Shown: positions 1 through 13,364 of the stretch, one piece after another
How positions within the stretch are numbered: the first letter of the stretch is position 1
Layout: each line of letters begins with the position of its first letter
Source: Macrostomum hystrix
Taxonomy: Eukaryota > Animalia > Platyhelminthes
Assembly (NCBI GenBank): GCA_950097015.1
Contig: CATNEN010000038.1
Coordinates: 8,618,001 to 8,682,000 of the forward strand
Length of the DNA: 64,000 nt
Reading direction: 5' to 3'
Notes under the pieces: generated by a model
The model's database searches: none
The model's input: only the letters and a program-made list of their open reading frames with translations
Told to the model about the DNA's origin: nothing
Position numbers and translations under genes: made by a program

Positions 1-1579
1 GAGAGCAATAAAAATTGAGGCCGCGGGAGCAGGCTTTATAGTAAGGCCTTTTCTCTCGACGCCAACCCCGGCTGCCCATGGGTCTGCTCCGCACCTACCC
101 ACTGCTCCCTTCAGTCCGCAGCGCAGGCAGAACAGCCTCCTACCCCAGTGTACTTGAATGTGCAGTTCTATTCTGTCTCTCTATTCAGCCAGCTGAATCG
201 CCTTTTTCATCTCCTTCCCACCAGTCCGGGAATTTTCCATGATGCTAAATTTAGCGCTGGGTTTTTTCCTAAGCAGTGTGTTGCAATTCTGTTAGGCGCT
301 GGTTCTGCATCTCCGCTGCATTGGAGCCCCACTAGCGCTCACTAAATTTACAGTTCAGAGTAGCATTTGGGTGCATAAAAACTGGTGCTTGTCTCGGGAG
401 TCCTATTGTAGCTAGGGTATGTTCTCGCATTATTTATTAGGTTAGGTAAAGCAAAGTGGCATGCAATTTCGTTTCTGGTTTCTTCTTTATGCCTCACTTT
501 GGAGTGCGCCTACCTATATGTTTCATTGCTTATTTGCAACTCTATTTGTTTTCGGCTTAAGTTTATACGAAAAACGAGTAGCTTGTAATAAGCATGGCTT
601 TGTTGTTCATTGCGCCTATTGTTTTTAAGATCTCTGCACTTGATAACAAGGCACAGAGGGGGCAGGTAGGTCACGGGCCAAGAGCCGGCCTACAAAAATG
701 ATAAAAACCGGAGCATACCGGTTTCTGATGGGACCATCTTCAGCGTGAAGCATCTTTTTTACGGACTTAAAACTGGCCTTCTTGTGGCCCTATCAGTCTG
801 ATCTCTGAAAACTGCTATTAGAAAAAAATTATTTGACTCTACAGCAGGTTTAGTTAGGCCAAGTCAGATTTCACTTGACTTGACCCATGCAAAACAAATT
901 CAGTTCCAAGAACCAGCCGGTTCACGCACCACTGTATTTCAGAGCTGGCAGTTCTCGCAGCTCTTTTACTGAATTTTCGCACTTGAAACTTGTCTTTGCT
1001 GGTCACTTTAAGTCCAGAAGGTTCTGCAATTCATGCAGTGACGCGTGCAGGCGAGTGACCTAATTTCGGCTGTTAATTAAAGTACACGTTGGCACGGCGG
1101 CTTAGTAACTTCTGCGTCTAACCTCTAAATACTTTTGCAGGTATTCCAGAGGCAGCAGGGAAATTTGAGATCATTTGAAGGTGAAAACTTCCCCGAAACG
1201 ATGGATCTCGATTTGGGGATTTGAATAATTCATTCATTCAGCCATGCAATAGCATTCGCATACAAAAAGCAGTGGCAGTAGCTGCAGTGGCCGGTAGAGT
1301 TTGTTTATACGAGCGTACATGTCGATGGTGACTATTATGATCATGAGTTAGATTGTATATTTGCGACTGCTCATAGCAAAACTGAACAAAAAGAGACTGA
1401 AGAAGCAGATTGCTGACAAAAATATCCGACACCGTGAAGGTTGTCCATGCAGCTCTATGTACACTCATTTTAAGCATTGCTACACATTTGAAGTACGCTA
1501 CTATTGTCAGTAGGCCATGCAGCACACACTGACGAAATATTGTAATCGAGGCAAATCAGATCGAATTTTATGACCTTAG

Positions 1580-1918
1580 CCCATCAAATCCACGCTGTCG
1601 CCCTCCAAATCCACTGTGTCGCCCTCCAAATCCATTGTGTCGCCATCCAAATCCACTGTGTCGCCATCCAAATCCACTGTGTCGCCATCCAAATCCACTG
1701 TATCGCCCTCCAAATCTACTGTGTCGCCCTCCAAATCCACTGTATCGCCCTCCAAACTACTGTGTCGCCCTCAAAATCCAGTGTGTCGCCATCCAAATCC
1801 ACTGTGTCGCCATCCAAATCCACTGTGTCGCCATCCAAATCCATTGTGTCGCCATCCAAATCCACTGTGTCGCCATCCAAATCCACTGTGTCGCCATCCA
1901 AATCCACTGTGTCGCCCT
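1580..1918. repeat. 21-bp minisatellite (TCCAAATCCACTGTGTCGCCA)n, ~16 units
   Basis: Periodic unit visible directly; it explains the repetitive ORFs 1570-1973. Confidence 0.95.
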
Positions 1919-3541
1919 TTAATTTAAGAAATGTGAGACTCAAGTCAAATTTACTACTCGAGCTGTGAGGCATTTTAGGAAACGATATATACTCGAGTTT
2001 ATTCAGTATAGTGGTGGAATATTTGTGTTAGACTCTTACGTTAACTCCTACACGTGTATATCGACACCTTGCTACTTCCGATTCGACTTGCAATTTGATT
2101 AGAATCGAAACTACCTGCTGAAAGTTTTTGCATAGTACGCTCTCAAACTAATTCTCTTAGGGCTTCGAAATTATTCCTGAGTGATCCTAAAGTTAGTCTG
2201 CTGCATTTGCAACAACGAGAACATTTAAAGAGTAAGTTAAGCCTAATTATTTTAAACAGAATAGTGACAGGTGACAGCTTCGAAGCTTAATCGCGACTGT
2301 ATGACGGAATTGTAATAAGCAGTTTCAGTGCAAGCACTGCACAATATTATGGTTTATATTATTTGTCGTGGCTCGTAGGCGAGCCTCAGAGAGACGGAGT
2401 GACGATGCGCAAGGTGTATTTTAAGATTGGTGCAACTTGAGTCACGAACGCATAGCGCTTGCTATTGCTATTGGAATTGCTATTCCGCGATCGAGCTGAA
2501 TCACGGGGCAGAAAAGTTCCCCATTTTGATCCGGTGGGATTATAAGAAGCGCCCTCCATGCTAGGTAAGCACTAGCTCTGCTGAGAGTTCCTTCAATATT
2601 TGTTAGCTGGATCACTTATCTGAGTGACCCCAGGGGTTGCTGGCAGCGGCTCTGACAGGGTCATGACAGGCCACAGCTATGACTTTTGAGTTTGCAGCCA
2701 CATTTTCAAGACAGACTCCATAAATGAGAAAAAAGCTACGCAGAACGTCACGCGGAGTGACATCTGCTGCCAAAAACTGCTCGGGGAAGTTTGTCTGTCG
2801 CGATCCCCCCAAAACCCTTCACCCTGCCCCAACCCAGCTCATGTTTGAGCAGGGCTTGGCCCACTCCACTATAGTGCATTTGGATATTGCAAAGGCTCTC
2901 CTGGGGGTGTCCGCTACCACTTTGTTTCAGTCCCGTCTCTGAATGTGTAAAAGTTGGGAATAAACCAGAACTGTCCGGCAGTCCCTCTGGCAGTCGCCAC
3001 TTTGCCTCTCTCCCACCTCTTTGTGTTTGAGTTTCCTATTTGGCATTGGCACAGGTGCAACAATATCCCCAGTCAGGCAGCCCAGGCGCAGCTCGACCTC
3101 TTGGCCCGGGGGAAACAGTAAATTGGTTTTATTGCCCTTGCCAGTAGGGGCGGGCGGTGTTTTGATTGTCTTCCACCGCCGCTTCGTGAAAAACTCGCGT
3201 GGTTTTAGCACTTTTTCGCATACAAGAAATATAGGAATTCAATTTGTTGCAGGACTTGGTGAAGGCCACTAAGGGGTCGCTGCGAGACACCCCTGAGTTC
3301 AGCCCCCCTCATACGCGTTTGTTCGCACCGCGGTGCCTCCACTTCCCTTCCCTTAGGCCCCCAGCTGTGCCTTAGCCAGCCAATAAGCATGCGAACCGCT
3401 TCAAATACGCAGGGAGAGAAGTGGCTTCTGACAAGAAGACACGCAGAGAAAAACCCGGAGTGCGGCCGAGAAAACAGCTGCCTCCTGTTAGCTCTCTTTA
3501 TTTTGACCGGAAGCGAGAAAGACTACGCGGATTTCGTAAAA

Positions 3542-5269
3542 ATGCTCTACGAAGACTTGCTGACTCACATCTCAAAATCAGGGCCGGCCTACAGATGGAC
3601 CATCACGATACTCATCGCCTTCTTGTCCATGAAGTCCGCCTTCGACATGTTCGTGCTGAACCTGGCCACCGCCAGTGTGCCCTATCATTGTGCCGAGGCG
3701 CTGGTCGATGGTTCCGTGCTGCCCTGGTCCGATGTGGCCGCCAACAGCACCTTCGCCACCAACTTCAGCATTAACGATTTCACCTGCACCCGGCCCAGGC
3801 TTATGCGCAGCTCGGACGGCTCGCTGCATCTGGCCGTGTCGTCAGGCGGCGTTGTCAACAAATCTTCGACGTCGTCAGACGAGACGAAGTGCACCGCTTG
3901 GACGTTCAAGCCCGACCCGCCAGAAAGGTGGACTATGTTCATTGAATACTCGATGGTTTGCGACCGTCAGTACCTGATGGACCGCATGCAAACTGTCATG
4001 CAGTTCGGCATTTGCTTGTCCACAATCTTCGGACCCCTTGGCGACATCATCGGTCGCAAGCCGCTGCTCGTGGCCTTCTGCTACCTAGATCTCACCTGCA
4101 ATATCGCAGTCATCTTTGTCCGCGACCTCACACTCCAGATGGTGCTGAGATTCTTCATGGGCTTCGGCGCTCCCGCTGTGCTGATCGGCGTGATCCTTAT
4201 CACGGAGCTTGTGGCCGAGGACTACCGCGGCATCCACGGAAACCTCATCTGGATCCTGTGGGTTGTGGCCTACAGCTGCTCCTCCGCCATCAGCTATTAC
4301 GTGCACAACTGGCGCACCCAGATGATCGTGGTCGTGTTCATAATCGGGGCGGGCTATGCCACCTACATACCGATGCTGCCGGAGTCGCCCCGTTGGCTGC
4401 TCACGCGAGGCAAGACCAAGCGAGCCAAGCGGATTCTAAAGGAGGTCTGCAAGTTCTCGGGCTGCAAAGAGGTACTTAACGAGTTCAACTTTGATCACAA
4501 CGAGCTGGTTGAATCAGCTGAGCAGACCGGCGAGCCGAGAGAGGAGAGCTGCATCTTCAAGGTCATCCCTAGGGAGAATCTGCTCCGTGTTGACTATTTT
4601 GTTACGCTGGCCGTAGTCACATTCAACTTCTTCACTGTTTCCCTTGTGTACTTCGCTTTGTCATTCAAGCGAGACTTCATCACCCGCGATCCCTACCTGA
4701 ACGTGCTGATCTCTGGCCTGCTCGAGCTGCCCGCCTACATCCTGGCCTGGCAGCTGACCAACAGGGCCGGCCGCAAGTACACCTGCCTAGGCACAATGGC
4801 CTTCTGTGGCATTGGGCTGATCATCCTGCCCTACGTGCCCACCAACCCGGACATTGTGTTCCAGGGCAGCAGCGTTCTGGCCATCGCCATCAAGTTCAGC
4901 GTCACCGTCGCCTTCAGCGTCTTGGCCGTCTACGGATCCGAGGTTCTGCCAACAACCGTGCGCAGCTGCTCGTTCTTCTTCGCCTGCTTCCTGATGCGCT
5001 CAGCCCAGATCCTGGCGCCGGAGCTCGGCGGTGCCCTGGCCAAGGTTTACACCCACTTGCCCTACCTGCTGTACGGCGTGATCTCCGTACTGGCCAGTCT
5101 GACCATTCTGCTGCTCCCGGAGACCAAGGACAAGCCGATGCCCAACACGGTGGCCGAGATGGAGCCGATCAGCTGTCCGTGTTGGCCGTCTGGCAATAAT
5201 CAGCAGCAGCAACAGGGAAGTCGCGAGTGTGACGCTTCAGGTGAAGAGATGAAGCCGCTTGGAGTTTGA
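3542..5269 (+). CDS. SLC22-family organic cation/anion MFS transporter, paralog 1 (intronless, 575 aa)
   Basis: Large Cys-containing loop after TM1, EYSMVCDR, GDIIGRK, ITELV, PESPRWL, SEVLPT..R and LLPETKDKP motifs. ATG 3542 (MLYE..) chosen by homology to the other three copies. Confidence 0.92.
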   Translation: MLYEDLLTHISKSGPAYRWTITILIAFLSMKSAFDMFVLNLATASVPYHCAEALVDGSVLPWSDVAANSTFATNFSINDFTCTRPRLMRSSDGSLHLAVSSGGVVNKSSTSSDETKCTAWTFKPDPPERWTMFIEYSMVCDRQYLMDRMQTVMQFGICLSTIFGPLGDIIGRKPLLVAFCYLDLTCNIAVIFVRDLTLQMVLRFFMGFGAPAVLIGVILITELVAEDYRGIHGNLIWILWVVAYSCSSAISYYVHNWRTQMIVVVFIIGAGYATYIPMLPESPRWLLTRGKTKRAKRILKEVCKFSGCKEVLNEFNFDHNELVESAEQTGEPREESCIFKVIPRENLLRVDYFVTLAVVTFNFFTVSLVYFALSFKRDFITRDPYLNVLISGLLELPAYILAWQLTNRAGRKYTCLGTMAFCGIGLIILPYVPTNPDIVFQGSSVLAIAIKFSVTVAFSVLAVYGSEVLPTTVRSCSFFFACFLMRSAQILAPELGGALAKVYTHLPYLLYGVISVLASLTILLLPETKDKPMPNTVAEMEPISCPCWPSGNNQQQQQGSRECDASGEEMKPLGV

Positions 5270-7544
5270 AGGGCCTTTAAATTAAACTGAAGGCCGATTG
5301 TAACGACGAGATTGTTTTGGCAATTTGGCCCTATCTAGCTGCGGACCAATTGTTGTCAACTTACATAGACACCGATGGCGCAAATGATTAACACTGCTAG
5401 ACATATAGCTAATATTTTTTTGATAGGATTTCAGCTGTATATTTAGTACCAGAATACGCACTTGAATGTTTTTTTGTTTCTTTAGCTGCATAGATAGGCG
5501 CGAAAGTCAATGAAATGCTTCCCTGAAAACATTTATTCGCCTAGACTGTACAAAGCCCGCACTATAGCTAGTACAGCTTATGGTCGTTGAATTTAATTGT
5601 TCGAAATTTTATCTTAGTAAAATTTGCTTCATTCTCTGAAATTTTCAAATGAAACATGAATAATGAGACCTAAAGTGTTTATTCACAGTTCATTAGAGTA
5701 TGTTCATTGTATCATTCTGTTAGCATCCGCACCTAGCATTGCAGGCTTTTGCCCCATCTCTTTGCTTAATACCACAGCTTGATTTGCTGCGCCAGAAATT
5801 TATTTGTTGTTTTTAACCTGTAGCTCTTTTCTCATTATGTTAGTTTTTTAGTTATTTTTCATTTTAGACACTTAGCTAATTACGATGTTATTAGCTAATT
5901 ATTTTAATGTTTACCAAGTATCTATAATTTACTTTCTCTGCGCCGATAAAAAATAAATCTTTGATCTTTAATTCGTCCCCCATGTATCATTTACCTGCAT
6001 CTGTTGTTAATATCGCGTGGTTTAAGGAACAGATTTCGCTATCTTTTTAGTCGCTTTCCGTACTGTGACAGTGCTTCAAATTTTCTATTGAACGACCTGA
6101 TTGTCGTTTGATTATACACAGCTTCAAAGACGTACCTGAAACTGAATCTGAGTTCGAAATTGATTTCTGGTGTCTTTGAAGCTAACCAACTTTAGTAAAT
6201 AAATTGCAGCAGGCAACTTTACCGATTTATCTTTTGATTGCAAATCTGCCCTCTGAATTCTCAATGGCAATGTGTCTGCAACTATCTTATCTAGCTCGTA
6301 TGTTTGTTTCTGTTGGCTTAAATTGAGCACGACTCACTGAAAACGTTTAGCTAGAGCATATATCAAAGCCTTGCCTTCAATTGTACGCATGCATATAACG
6401 TGTTTGAAGCACGATAAAAATTATGTAAGGGCCACTCGGATAGGCATAAGAAAGAGTTAAATTCCATTAAAGCCTACCAACACTAAATATCTAAAAAAAA
6501 ACATTGAAACAATGAAATCATGATTGAAATAATTAGCATAGGATGTTAGTAACTACACATTATAATATTCTCATGATCTAGAGATGCAAAAAACTGACCG
6601 CGAAAAACAAAGATCTCGCCTACTTTGCTAAAGCATTTGCTTCAAAATATGCCTACAAAAGTTTTCTAGGAAATAGAAGAGTCCCGATTTGCTTTAGTGC
6701 CGCTACAGCTAGGAGGTCCATTGTGGAGGTGTTGGAGAATCATTTTTTGTTACTTGTGAAGCATTCAACAAAGCTTTACAAAATCGAGATATTTTAAACA
6801 AATCGTAGCAGGGGTTGGGAAAATTTTTGAGGGGTAAATCCAAAGAAAAATGTCAACAGAGACATGAGCTTTTAGAATTGAAATGTTTTGCCAGAATTTT
6901 TCTGCAAATGCCTTGAAGTGGCGAAATGTTGAATTTGCAAGATCTGCAAATCCGCTCTCTGATGGAAGCTTTAGTGGGGCTCGCGACCCATCGACGCTGT
7001 CCCTGCAGGGCTGGCCGTACTGTAAATGTCACGCCAACCTGGCCCGAGGCCGAAACTCTAACAAACAGAAGGTGGCGAGGAAATTCACACTTTATTCCGC
7101 ACGAAACGAACGATTCCGGATATGAAAACCCGCTACCTACGTACATGTCATGTAGTCACTTTGTGAATTCCTTTGTTTAAATGCTAAATTCTGACCTGAA
7201 GAAAGACAAATAATTGTTTTGCTCTGTTTGCTAGCTCAAATCGTGTTGCCGGAACTTCAGAACTTCTGTGCTTGTCAGCTAGAAAAGGCGAAATTCCTAC
7301 TCACAGCTTTGGTTAACAAGGATCATGAATTCCGTTCTTCGCAAGCTCGAGAGATTCGCTTTCTGGTCAGTAAAAGCTTGAAATTCAATCTGGCTGTCCG
7401 TGACAGACGCGGCTGGATATGACGTGGGAAGGATGAATCTGAATGATGCTCACGGTGCTTCAACATAGGTTTTAGCTACAATTATACAATAATTTCATCA
7501 AAATTTGGTAGCTAGCAAGGAATTGTTATAAAATGAGTGCAAGC

Positions 7545-7938
7545 ACTGGGGGTGAGTGGCAGAGATGTTCCTGAGCTGGATTCCACAGCGAGGCCACATA
7601 TTTTAGGGAATTGTTATAAAATGAGTGCAAGCACTGGGTTGAGTGGCAGAGATGTTCCTGAGCTGGATTCCACAGCGAGGCCACATATTTTGGGAGAGAA
7701 GGCTTGGAGGTTTGTCGTGTAATTTACACCTGTGGGAGCAAACCTCCAAGGCTGACAGTGACAGTGTACACTGCCTGACGATGAGAAAGTCAGGCCAGAT
7801 GTACACCCCCGTGTGAGCGAGTGCCTGCGAACGGTATCTGTGTGCGTGTGTGCTCAGGAGTCAGCGCAATGGGCAGAATTGCCTCCTCGCTGACTTGCAT
7901 TGCCCGCAGCCCATTTGCAATTATTATCATTATTATAG
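7545..7938 (+). mobile_element. tRNA-derived SINE family A copy; 5' part lies within an 88-bp tandem duplication (7519-7693)
   Basis: Homologous to 23757-24130: GAGAAGGCTTGG, TGTACACTGCCTGAC hairpin, CTCAGGAGTCAGC tail, (TAT)-rich end. Confidence 0.75.
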
Positions 7939-8659
7939 TGCACGCTCTCGCGAGACATGAACTGCATGTACTCCTACTATAATTAATCACACTGCTATCA
8001 AAAAAGTTGTACGAAAAAATTAATGCTTTAGCGAATTTTCTCAAAAGTGTAGCTATAATACTACAGCACCTAGTTGAACAGGTTACGACTAGCTACGAGC
8101 TATAAACTAACCAGATTTTAAGAAACTGAATAAATTTCAACATTTTCATTACTCTCTCGTAGCGGCATGGATTTTTTAAAGCGGCATTTTGGCCTGATGT
8201 AGCTAATTTCGGAATGTACAGCATGCACTGTACGTAGCTACTATAAAGAGAATATTTGTACATATACAGTATGCTGTACGCAGGCGGCAGTGCCTAGGGG
8301 AATAATGAGAGCACTGACGAAATTCTCAACGTGCAGCTACACAGAAGGCTAACAAAAGGTTCTAGCATTGTATAGACATGAGGTGGTGCTTGCAGAGCAC
8401 ATTGTGGAATGAGCATAGCATTCTCTGCATCTGTAGCTAAGGGCAGATGAGCAATCCAGGTAGAGAAGATTGGGAGACGAAGCTACTGAATCAGTACAAT
8501 GGCTCAGTGCATTAAAGACACAATGCTACATTTAGCTTGCAACCTGCCTACAGGCATTTCATCGACTCGCGGAGCACGCTGCAGCCAAAAAAAGTCTCCG
8601 GACTTGCCTAGCAGAGAAACGGACCGAAAAAATATTTGGTCCCTCGAGTTGTTGGAAAG

Positions 8660-10372
8660 ATGCTGTACGAGGAGCTGTTAACACAAATTTCCAAGTCCGG
8701 TCCGTGCTACCGCTGGGTCATTACCATACTCATCTCATGCCTTTCATTGAAGGCAGCCTTTGACATGTTCATCCTGAACCTCGTCACTGCCAGTGTGCCG
8801 TTCCACTGCTCGGAGGTCTCTGTGAACAATGAGACTCTGTCATGGACTCAGGTAGCTGCCAACGTCAGCATTGCAGACAACTTCAACATCACCAGCTTCA
8901 CCTGCACTCGACCCAGACTCGTGTGGGACTCCGACGGTGCGCTGCGACTTGCCTCGACTGAGACTAACTCTTCTGCACTCAACCAAAGCCTGTCTGGTGA
9001 AACCTGTCGCTCGTGGACGTTCATGCCGGATCCGCCAACACGCTGGACGATGTTCATGGAGTACTCGATGGTGTGCGACCGTCAATACCTGATGGATCGA
9101 ATTCAGACGGTTTTGCAGCTGGGAATCTGCATATCCACTGTTTTCGGCCCCCTCGGCGACATCATTGGTCGCAAGCCCGTGTTGGTCGGCTTCGCCTACC
9201 TTGACATTGCATGCAACATTGCCGTCATCTTCGTTCAGGACCTCACAGCACAGATGGTGCTTCGATTCCTGACGGGATTCGGCGCACCCGCCATCATCAT
9301 AGGAGTCATCATTATCACAGAGCTAGTAGCGGAAGAGTATCGAGGTGTCCATGGCAACCTGGTCTGGGTTCTGTTCGGCGTTGGCTTCAGTGGATCCGCC
9401 GCAATCAGCTACTTCATTCACAACTGGCGAGTTCAGACGGCGGTGGCCTGCCTGATCGCCGGGGTCGGCTATGCCGCCTACATTCCTATCATTCCGGAGT
9501 CTCCGCGTTGGCTGCTCACCCGCGGAGACACCAGGCGAGCAAAGCGAGCTTTGAAGAAAGTCTGCAAATTCTCTGGTTGCAAAGAGGTGCTCAATGATTT
9601 CAATTTTGAGCATAACGAAATCGTTGAGTTGCCTCAGCAGACCGAGGAGCGACGAAATCGGGGCTGTATTTGTAATATTTTTCCCCGAGAAAATCTGTGC
9701 CGTATAGATTATTTCGTCACCATTGGTGTTGTTTCGTTCAACTACTTTACCGTCTCTCTCGTGTACTACGCATTGTCCTTCAAACGTGACTTTATCACTA
9801 GTGACATCTACCTGAACGCGCTGATCTCAGGTCTGCTCGAGATCCCAGCCTACCTGCTTGCCTGGCAGCTGACCAGTAGATCTGGCCGCAAGTACACCAC
9901 TCTAGTCAACATGGCATTTAACGGTGTCGGTCTCATCATTTTGCCTATCTTTCCGACAATTCCAGGCATCACCTTTCAGGGCAGCAGCGCCCTCGCCATC
10001 GCAATCAAGTTCAGCGTCACCGTTTCCTGCACCATCCTGGCTGTGTACGGCTCCGAAGTCCTGCCCACGAAAGTCAGGAGCTGCTCTTACTTCTTTGCGT
10101 TCACAATGACGCGGACGGGTCAGCTGCTGGCACCTGAGCTCGGTGGAGCTCTGTCTGGCTTCTACCACAACCTGCCCCCGCTGTTTTATGGATTTATGTC
10201 CGTTCTCGCCAGCTTGTCCATCCTCCTGCTGCCAGAGACCAAGGACAGACCGATGCCCAACACGGTGGCTGAGATGGAGCCTGTTGGTTGTCCTTGCTTT
10301 TCTCGTCCATTCAGAACTAGCAATGCTGGCGCACTAGCTGATGATCATGAGCTTAAGCCGATGCGAGCTTAA
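8660..10372 (+). CDS. SLC22-family transporter, paralog 2 (intronless)
   Basis: Same motifs as paralog 1; ATG 8660 (MLYEELL). Confidence 0.92.
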   Translation: MLYEELLTQISKSGPCYRWVITILISCLSLKAAFDMFILNLVTASVPFHCSEVSVNNETLSWTQVAANVSIADNFNITSFTCTRPRLVWDSDGALRLASTETNSSALNQSLSGETCRSWTFMPDPPTRWTMFMEYSMVCDRQYLMDRIQTVLQLGICISTVFGPLGDIIGRKPVLVGFAYLDIACNIAVIFVQDLTAQMVLRFLTGFGAPAIIIGVIIITELVAEEYRGVHGNLVWVLFGVGFSGSAAISYFIHNWRVQTAVACLIAGVGYAAYIPIIPESPRWLLTRGDTRRAKRALKKVCKFSGCKEVLNDFNFEHNEIVELPQQTEERRNRGCICNIFPRENLCRIDYFVTIGVVSFNYFTVSLVYYALSFKRDFITSDIYLNALISGLLEIPAYLLAWQLTSRSGRKYTTLVNMAFNGVGLIILPIFPTIPGITFQGSSALAIAIKFSVTVSCTILAVYGSEVLPTKVRSCSYFFAFTMTRTGQLLAPELGGALSGFYHNLPPLFYGFMSVLASLSILLLPETKDRPMPNTVAEMEPVGCPCFSRPFRTSNAGALADDHELKPMRA

Positions 10373-11651
10373 TCTTAGTAATTTTCTAGCAAAAAATGCG
10401 TTTTAATATTATGTCTGCCTCCAGAATTTTTTACTGGAGCTGTGTAAATTGCGCTAGAAGCGAAGTTTAATAACGTGACCACTTAGCAGACACTTCCTTT
10501 CGAATTTGTGCTTTTTTAACGACTTTATATCCACAAAAATATCATTTTGCGTTACATTTTTTCTGACAGCTTTTATAATCTCATTGTATCTTGAGTTTTA
10601 CAGTTTTACTTGAAATGAGCATTTTATTCTCCTAAGCTCAATTATTCAATAATTATTTATTCAATCATTCGTTTATTTATCAGTAATAAGAGAAAAAAGG
10701 TTCGATGGGCGTGATTGCTAATTTTCGGCTTATTAAAACTTTTCAACACAAATCTCCTTCCGTGTGCTCAGTGCTACTCATTTTTGAGATTCCACTCTGA
10801 GCTCTATTCTCACGCTTTCGCGAAGTCTTTTTTAACAGTTTTCAGTTCCGGTGGCTTTGCAACCTGACTAGCCAGTATCCTACTAAGAGTAGCCATGTAT
10901 GTTGTGCCAGGCAAAAGCCGTGTTACGATACGACCCCGCGTTGCTCAGGACTGCGAAACGCAAACGTTTAGATGAAACACATAGACTCACAGATTGTCTT
11001 TTAGAAAATTTAACCGATGTATTCGTTGTAATCGTTGTGAGAATACAATTTAGCTCGTATTAGTTTTCTAGTCTATTTCATGCCTTCAGTTGTGTGTAGC
11101 TCACAATGCCAGTCAGCTATATACTAAACCACCAGTGGCAATCGCTTAAAAGCGCCCCCTATCTACCTCATAATATTAACGGGTGCAGAAGAAGCACACG
11201 AGAAACGAAACAGTGCGCTCTAGTCATATCACGAGCGTTTGCCGAACAATAGACGAATTCCAAACCCTAGAGGCGATTCCAGCTGCAGCCCTTAAAACAG
11301 TTTGAGTACGCTATAAGATGAGAACTTTAAACGAAACACCGCAGAGACCGTGTGCACAAACAGCATGCTCATCAACTCGTCAGTCATTTTAACTCGACTT
11401 TGCCTAGGTCTGCAAAAAAGTCTAACCATGCAACCCCATCTCGTTGTTGTGGGCTTTGAATTCGTCTTGCAGGTTGCAGTACCGCGCTTGAATACCAGAC
11501 AACTAAGCAGTGCGAAAATATAGAATAATAGGCGGCAAAAATATTTTTAAAGACAGACCTAACTGACCACGTTAGTGCACGAACCAATTTTGGAAACTTA
11601 ATTCCGCACTTTTTTGTTCTTTTTTATTATCCCCCGAAAAGATCGCAAGCA

Positions 11652-13364
11652 ATGCTGTACGAAGAACTATTAACACAAATTTCCAAGTCCGGTCCGTGCT
11701 ACCGCTGGGTCATCACAAATCTGATTGCTGTTTTGTCTTTAAAGGCAGCCTTTGACATGTTCATCCTGAACCTCGTCACTGCCAGTGTGCCGTTCCACTG
11801 CTCGGAGGTCTCTGTGAACAATGAGACTCTGTCATGGACTCAGGTAGCTGCCAACGTCAGCATTGCAGACAACTTCAACATCACCAGCTTCACCTGCACT
11901 CGACCCAGACTCGTGTGGGACTCCGACGGTGCGCTGCGACTTGCCTCGACTGAGACTAACTCTTCTGCACTCAACCAAAGCCTGTCTGGTGAAACCTGTC
12001 GCTCGTGGACGTTCATGCCGGATCCGCCAACACGCTGGACGATGTTCATGGAGTACTCGATGGTGTGCGACCGTCAATACCTGATGGATCGAATTCAGAC
12101 GGTTTTGCAGCTGGGAATCTGCATATCCACTGTTTTCGGCCCCCTCGGCGACATCATTGGTCGCAAGCCCGTGTTGGTCGGCTTCGCCTACCTTGACATT
12201 GCGTGCAACATTGCCGTCATCTTCGTGCAGGACCTCACAGCACAGATGGTGCTTCGATTCCTAATGGGATTCGGGGCTCCCGCAGTGCTGATCGCACTTA
12301 TACTTGTGACAGAGCTGGTTTCAGAAGAGTTCCGAGGCATCCATGGCAACCTGATGTGGCTTCTGTTCTGCGTAGGCTACAGCGGATCCGCCGCAATCAG
12401 CTACTTCATTCACAACTGGCGAGTGCAGACGGCGGTGGCCTGCCTGATTGCAGGCATAGGCTACGCAACTTACATCCCTGTGATTCCGGAGTCTCCGCGT
12501 TGGCTGCTCACCCGTGGACACACGAAACGTGCAAAGCGAATTTTAAAGGAGATCTGCAAGTTCTCCGGTTGCAAAGAAGTACTCAACAATTTTAACTTTG
12601 AGCATAACGAAGTGGTCGAACCAGCGGAGCAGACCGCAGAGCCAGAGGAGGAGCGCTGCATTTTCAAAGTCTTTCCCCGGGAAAATCTGTGCCGCCTCGT
12701 CTACTTTGTCACTCTCGGAGTTGTTTCCTTTAACTTTTTTACCGTTTCGCTTGTGTATTTTGCGCTGTCATTTAAGCGCGACTTTATCACGAGTGACATC
12801 TACCTGAATGTGTTGATCTCCGGTCTGCTGGAAATACCTGCCTACATTCTTGCCTGGCAACTGACTAACCGAGCTGGTCGCAAGTACACAAGTCTGGGAA
12901 ACATGGCCTTCAGTGGTGTAGGGCTTATCGTCCTTCCATATATTCCAAATAATCCAGACATTGTTTTTCAGGGCAGCAGCGTCCTTGCCATCGCCATAAA
13001 GTTCAGTGTCACTGTCGCGTTCAGCATCCTGGCCGTCTTTGGCTCCGAGGTCCTGCCGACCAAGGTTCGCAGCTGCTCCTTCTTTTTTGCGTCCACGTTG
13101 ATGCGCGCTGCTCAGCTGCTCGCACCGGAGCTAGGTAACGCTCTGGCCAGCCTTTACGGCAACCTGCCCTTCTTGCTGTACGGGGCGATGTCTGTTCTGG
13201 CCAGCCTGTCCATCCTGCTGCTCCCGGAGACCAAAGACAAGCCGATGCCGAACTCTGTGGCTGAAATGGAGGCCGTTGGCTGTCCATGCAGCTCCAAGCG
13301 TCCAGCTTCCTCTGGTAGTGCAGCCCGAGTTGAACAAAATGAGCTTAAGCCTCTGCGAGCTTAA
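11652..13364 (+). CDS. SLC22-family transporter, paralog 3 (intronless, 570 aa)
   Basis: Same motifs; complete ORF. Confidence 0.93.
   Translation: MLYEELLTQISKSGPCYRWVITNLIAVLSLKAAFDMFILNLVTASVPFHCSEVSVNNETLSWTQVAANVSIADNFNITSFTCTRPRLVWDSDGALRLASTETNSSALNQSLSGETCRSWTFMPDPPTRWTMFMEYSMVCDRQYLMDRIQTVLQLGICISTVFGPLGDIIGRKPVLVGFAYLDIACNIAVIFVQDLTAQMVLRFLMGFGAPAVLIALILVTELVSEEFRGIHGNLMWLLFCVGYSGSAAISYFIHNWRVQTAVACLIAGIGYATYIPVIPESPRWLLTRGHTKRAKRILKEICKFSGCKEVLNNFNFEHNEVVEPAEQTAEPEEERCIFKVFPRENLCRLVYFVTLGVVSFNFFTVSLVYFALSFKRDFITSDIYLNVLISGLLEIPAYILAWQLTNRAGRKYTSLGNMAFSGVGLIVLPYIPNNPDIVFQGSSVLAIAIKFSVTVAFSILAVFGSEVLPTKVRSCSFFFASTLMRAAQLLAPELGNALASLYGNLPFLLYGAMSVLASLSILLLPETKDKPMPNSVAEMEAVGCPCSSKRPASSGSAARVEQNELKPLRA

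Noticed and set aside
1-3380. Possible decayed retroelement fragments (1-560, 2400-3380)
   Set aside because: No recognisable protein motifs, termini or TSDs by eye
3389-3541. 51-aa N-terminal extension of SLC22 paralog 1
   Set aside because: Absent from the other paralogs, which start at MLYE/MQYE; contains a pyrimidine-rich acceptor-like stretch
7763-7806. Hammerhead ribozyme core (CTGACGA...GAAA) in the SINE central hairpin
   Set aside because: No room for stem II, the core is sequestered in the CCTGAC/GTCAGG stem, and it is not conserved in the 23935 copy
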